Below, piece by piece: positions 58,801 to 64,000 of a stretch of 64,000 nucleotides of DNA. The first letter of the stretch is position 1. Each line of letters begins with the position of its first letter. The notes below the pieces were generated by a model. The model was not told the DNA's origin and searched no databases. It was given only the letters and a program-made list of their open reading frames with translations. Made by a program: the position numbers and the translations under genes. The DNA lies in contig BDGG01000001.1 of the NCBI GenBank assembly GCA_001949185.1, forward strand, positions 9,120,464-9,184,463. Reading direction: 5' to 3'. The DNA is from Ramazzottius varieornatus (lineage: Eukaryota > Animalia > Tardigrada).

Positions 58801-61800
58801 GGGTAACCGCTATGCGTCATGTCATGTGGGCAGTTTGGTTGCATTGAAGGGGATGTTGCATGTTGCAGCTTTAGCGGACAATTACGCATATATGCCTGCC
58901 AGGCAGCTGCATTTACCAGAGTTATAATCCCTAGCTCACCGGATGATCAAGCTACACTTAAGCCGGCCCGTTAAGTCAAATATTCCTGTCAGCTCCATCA
59001 ACGGCAATTTCGCCCACGGCAGCCCACGACACTTCCGTCAACATTTACATGAAAACCTCTTGACTGAAATCTATGAATATACTGTCTAATGCATCTCCCC
59101 TGTGGACTAACCACATCCGGAGACAGCTCGACTATCAACGAAGGAACAACGTAGGTATGTAGTTTGTTGGTGATAAGGTCGCGCTAAGCTAGGAGCAAAA
59201 CAAAGACTTAGGTTAGGACAAGGAAGAAGGGAAGCAGCCATGTCACCTCAATGGACCTATTCTTTTTCTGCTAATTCATTTCAGAGGTTGGGACAATTTA
59301 GCTATTGTGGGTGCATTCGACGAGAAATTGCGGATGATGTATAGTGGGATTGCTGGAAGATTTCTCTCAAATCTGAAGACCGGCTCTCCCGGCAGTGATC
59401 GACACTTAGGCTAGTGCCGATGCATCTGCTGAGCCCCGAATCTGAGACGGACACCAGGAACGGAAGGTTGCAAGGAAAGAGCAGAAGTCAGCACGTTGGT
59501 GCTGCGCGAGAGACCCATCATAAAGCCGAGCGACAAGTAGGGAAAAGCCAGGCGTAGGAACAGAGAAAGAGGGTCATTGTCCAGCGCCATCAATTATCGC
59601 ATCGACGGGTTTCTGCCAATATTGACGTTGGTCATGCTGTCTATGGCCAGCCTATTGCATCAGTCCTTCACCAGTTTCAGCGAAAACCATACGACATCTT
59701 CAGAAGAATCCTTCACACATGCCATTTTGTTCGTCGGTCGACCTTGAAGTAACTAGAGTTGGAACCTATCGGAGCCGGAAGTCATGACTGGAAACATGGC
59801 CAAGACACCGGAAACCATACTGTTTGAAACACTAACTGGATGGCGAACCACGGTAACGGAACTGCACGAGTCGGAATGCAGCCCAGGGCCAACGGTCCCT
59901 TCCTCGACGCTATACCAGCTCGATGGAAAAAGTCATCAGCTTTTCGGCCTAGCCATCGATTGGATCGTCGATCGATCAGAATAAGGAGTATAGGCTAGCT
60001 TAGAGCGATCACTCGACTTTAATCAGCACCGTGCTGCCCTGCACACCTTCCTCCCGACACCTAACGACCACTATTAGCCATCTTGCAACCATTGTATTCC
60101 ATCTGCCAATGGTTAAGCCCACCATCAAAGCACCAAGGTGGCCCGTGACCGTAATTGCCAACGCTCTCACCTCCACAATACCTTAACTACTGTACAGTTC
60201 CGCCACATATTCCAGCCTCATACGTTTCCTTCTCTTCTTCACTGCTGCCTGCCTGCGGTGACACTCGGTAAATGACCAGCATTAGCGAGCCCACACTCTT
60301 GACCAATGCTCATCCACACGCACTCGGAAAACACAGATTCTGATGGACAAATGACAGCATATAATCACATTCAACGCTTCAGGGTCGCTACGGCAAGGTC
60401 CTGAGCTAAACTTACTCAAAACAAGGGGTAATGCAAAGGCCACTGATAAGTAGAAATCACTCTCTAAGGTGATTGACACTTGTGCCGAATTACCATCCGA
60501 TTTGGCCTGCTGTTAATTATGGTCGACAAACGTACGCTTACTGTACCTCTGGGGCTTATGTGGCCGAGGAAGAGAAGGAAGGCATATGCGTCACGTGTAA
60601 ATCCGTGCTTAAGTCGGCTTGAAGTTGGAGGTTGTGTTTCTGGGAAACATGTTAATCCATCTTATCCCACGATAACTATCCCTCTAGGGCTGCAACCTGT
60701 AGCTGGCCGAGCGGGACTTGATCCACGTAGTCCCCCATAAAACTCTTGAGCTGCAGCTACATGGCATATCGGATGATATGTCCCTGTAGGCCGCAAGCAG
60801 ATAGCGCCCAATGTAACTAGGGCGTATGTCATCACTCCATCCCCAGATAGAATGTCGCCCCTAGTCAAACACTCACTCTCCAGACACCATTCCGTAGTTA
60901 GTACGACGACAACGGTCCCGCTTTGACACACTGCCATATTTTGGCTGGAAGACCCCGATATCACGTCCAACCAGATACAACTATGCCAATGACTGGCTCT
61001 CGGCACTGACCACCACTCAATCACAAGACGTCAACAGATCGCTCCTGATCGAGCCATTTGGACACGAAAAGAAGGAGCTACCATTCTGACAGAGCGAAAG
61101 TAAAGCCGGAAAGTTGGGCTTACAGGACCTGGATGTACAGGGAAAAAAGAAGATATTAGTTAGGAGGGAGTGATGGAAGCTGCGCAGATGTGTAACAGGA
61201 AAAGGCACAACTGGTGGCACTGGCTGTTTCTTGTGTTTGGCGGATCTCAGCTTGGCTGTAGTGAGGGGCCTCAATGGGTACGCAATCAGTTTTATTCAGG
61301 CTCTTTTACAGGAATATATTCAAGAGGGTTGAATTGGAGAGTAGTGGCTATAGTCCTTGCTTAGTGATAGATAGTAGATTGCATGAAGGCTTTTTGTTCG
61401 ACTTTTATTATTGAAAAGTGTTTAGCCCAACAAGAGACTGGGCGCTGCACGCCTTCCTATTCGAATTGCAATAGCACACCATGCCTCACTACAGTCCAAT
61501 GCATGCTATGCAGCTCGACATGAAAAAGGAGCCCCTTTTCTATGGCAGGAGGAAGTACACAACACCAACACAAAAGAATGGTCCCTTCCATGCACAGCCG
61601 ACAAGGTCTCTTTTTGATCAGGCCCAATGCAACTCTTTTCCATGAAAGGCGAGAGAGCCAAATAATTTCCCTCTTCTGTCGGCCATTTGAATATCATCAT
61701 CAGCTTTCCCGACCATCGACTATGAATTGCGGCGCAGCATCCTTTTGACCAGCCTTGAGGCAGCCCACTTTGGAGCGCCAGAGACTCGTTTGCTTTGATG

Positions 61801-64000
61801 AGCACCACAAGTAAAGGGGGGATATAGGCAAGGCGGAAGTTGGCACAAGAGCCCGTCCCTCAAGCTGCTGCACTTGATGACATGTTCGGTTCACCAGGCG
61901 ATGGGGAGGACTGGCTGCCTCCATCGACGTGGCCCATAAAGACCTTCATAACAGACGGCATCCCCTATTCAGTGCCCCAACACACAAAAGAGCCTCCAAT
62001 AAGAGCTCCAACATGCTATAAAATGAACCACTACCCTCTCCAAGGAATTAACTAGCGCCTATTGAAACCTCTCCCTTTCTGTCTGTTCCCACTATTCAAC
62101 GTTAACTCGAGCTCGATAACATTGCATTGGAAATCGCTTGGTCGAAAGAAATTTCTCCCTGTTCGCAACACTTTATCTTCTAGTATTTCCAGCTCAATAT
62201 CTGTACAACCCACGATTATCCACGTACAGATACAAACGTCTGATTTGCCAACGAGCTCTCTTGCTGAAATTTCCTTGAAGAAATTGCCCGCCAAATGCAG
62301 TGACGTTGCCGTATGTAGATCATGGCTGGTCTTGTGTTACAATAGGGCGGGTAAAGGTCGGGGTATCAAGCGGAGCAATTGTAACACCATTTGTCTCATA
62401 TTTCGACACGTTCAAGCAAATTAGTAAGTGAGATGTCACTGTGCAGGAAACACATCGACCCAACGGCTGACTGTCAGCGGAAACGCCAGCACGCCATTAC
62501 TCTCACCTCGCTCTCTCCTACACGTCGCCATCTACGCACTTACAGTATCGAATGAAAGCTTCTCAGGTTCAAATACTCTAAAGAACGAGATCGTGGACTA
62601 GTTTGTGTTTGCGGGCTAAATTCAGCCCGATTGACAACGCGTTGGTCTTTGTATAGATACCAGAGACTGCATGTAAGGCATAATTACAGTGAGACGAGCG
62701 CGTCGCAATATCAGATAGAGCGATAAATAAACACATCTTAATCGGATCAATAACAAGCAGCTTGCAGCTGACAAATCGTCAAGTGACCGCCCGACAACCC
62801 ATTCTCCTTCTGCTTGGCCGCTGTCCCTCCTTCTAACTATTCCTTCACACTCGCTAAACATGGCAGGAACCAGCCTACAGAGGTACTTGACACCGCTGCC
62901 ACTGCACAAAAAGATACCTGTTTCCTCTAAGTATGCCAAGTAACCGTATCTTGTCCTGGGTGGTCAGCTCATTCCCAACAAAACAATGACGGCCAAATGG
63001 ATTACCTGTAAATCTCTCAACTGAAAGATCAATAAAAGTAATGACATTCTAGCCAGACAACAACTGATCATTTTCGGAATGACCACCAAAAAGTTATATC
63101 CATTACAGCGAAGCGATGTAATTAAGCTGACAAGCCGACAATGAAGATTTGGCCGATCCTCACGGAGGAAGACCCTCTCACCGCAAACTGTCTATCGTCA
63201 ACGCTTTATTGAGCTCTCGGTCAGGAATTGACCCACAGGCCACTGTTCAACACTGACCAACGGTCACAACACTAATTTTCACAGCGATGGGAAGCTCTGA
63301 TCAACTACGACACTGCAAGTGAATGTTTACTGTGCGTAGATGCATGCAAGATATCGTGCAACCGATGTAGATTGTCAATGACAAAATGATCGGCTATAAT
63401 TATCGGAGCATCTGTAGCTGATGGAATGATGATGTGATGGACGAACGTATCAAACCTTCCACTGCCCATTATTTAACTGAGAACTGGCGTCGATCTGCAT
63501 CCTGCAGACAGCCGCCCAAATGGACCTATTGCGACCTGCTGATGCGCAAGCAACATCGACCATCTTGTCACGGACTACTACCGTCACCAATCCATCCATC
63601 CATCCATCCCACACCCATCATCCTCACAACACGCAATCATTCACACGAACCATAAAGTCACAAACATTCCGCAGATCCGGCCAAAGTTCCTTAAACATAT
63701 GATGCCCCTTCCTCAGCCAAGTTCTTACCCGCTGCAACCATATATGTTATCATGTAAGTTGGACTAGCAGTAGCGCTGCATCCGAACAGGAAGCGAGACG
63801 TTCCTGATACAAAAATACAAATTGCGTTTGCGTGTTCGTCAATTAAGGAGATAAGAAAGCACGCGAGGTTCCCGCCCACCTTGCTCGAAGCTGACCCTGC
63901 CATATAGGCGTCGTTATAATAAAGAAAGGTCACTTGTCGCCTGGACGTCAACAGCAGTTCTCCTACTAGGGAGCTGTAGACTGTAAGCCGTAGGTGGTCA
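46900..64000. promoter_or_regulatory. Long gene-poor upstream region of SoxB1 (probable regulatory domain)
   Basis: No recognisable domain or exon chain in about 17 kb, whereas most other intergenic gaps here are only a few kb or less. Regulatory function is inferred. Confidence 0.45.

Noticed and set aside
63338-63414. Imperfect hairpin, plus 8-9 bp palindromes near 11409, 47705, 48131 and 51363
   Set aside because: Weak pairing, expected by chance in 64 kb.

Overview
Eukaryotic (animal) genomic DNA from a compact genome with many short GT-AG introns (down to 37-39 nt). It is most like an invertebrate such as a clade I (Trichuris-like) nematode, but the taxon is my inference. Reconstructed spliced genes: FoxA/pha-4-type forkhead (-), MED27 (+), orthopedia homeobox (+), a secreted Thr-rich mucin-like protein built from symmetric micro-exons (-), SRPK (-), Robo/sax-3 (-, first exon unresolved), ADAT3/TAD3 (+) and SoxB1 (-). 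About 17 kb with no recognisable gene follows SoxB1. Unidentified spliced units sit head-to-head with MED27, SRPK and ADAT3. There are two MITE/foldback elements and several intronic hairpins. The most unusual items are the micro-exon mucin gene, a MED27 intron that is a decayed copy of the next exon (candidate intron birth), and the clustering of four neural/midline regulators. No rRNA, tRNA or CRISPR features were found. All exon models were made by eye from splice signals and phase arithmetic.
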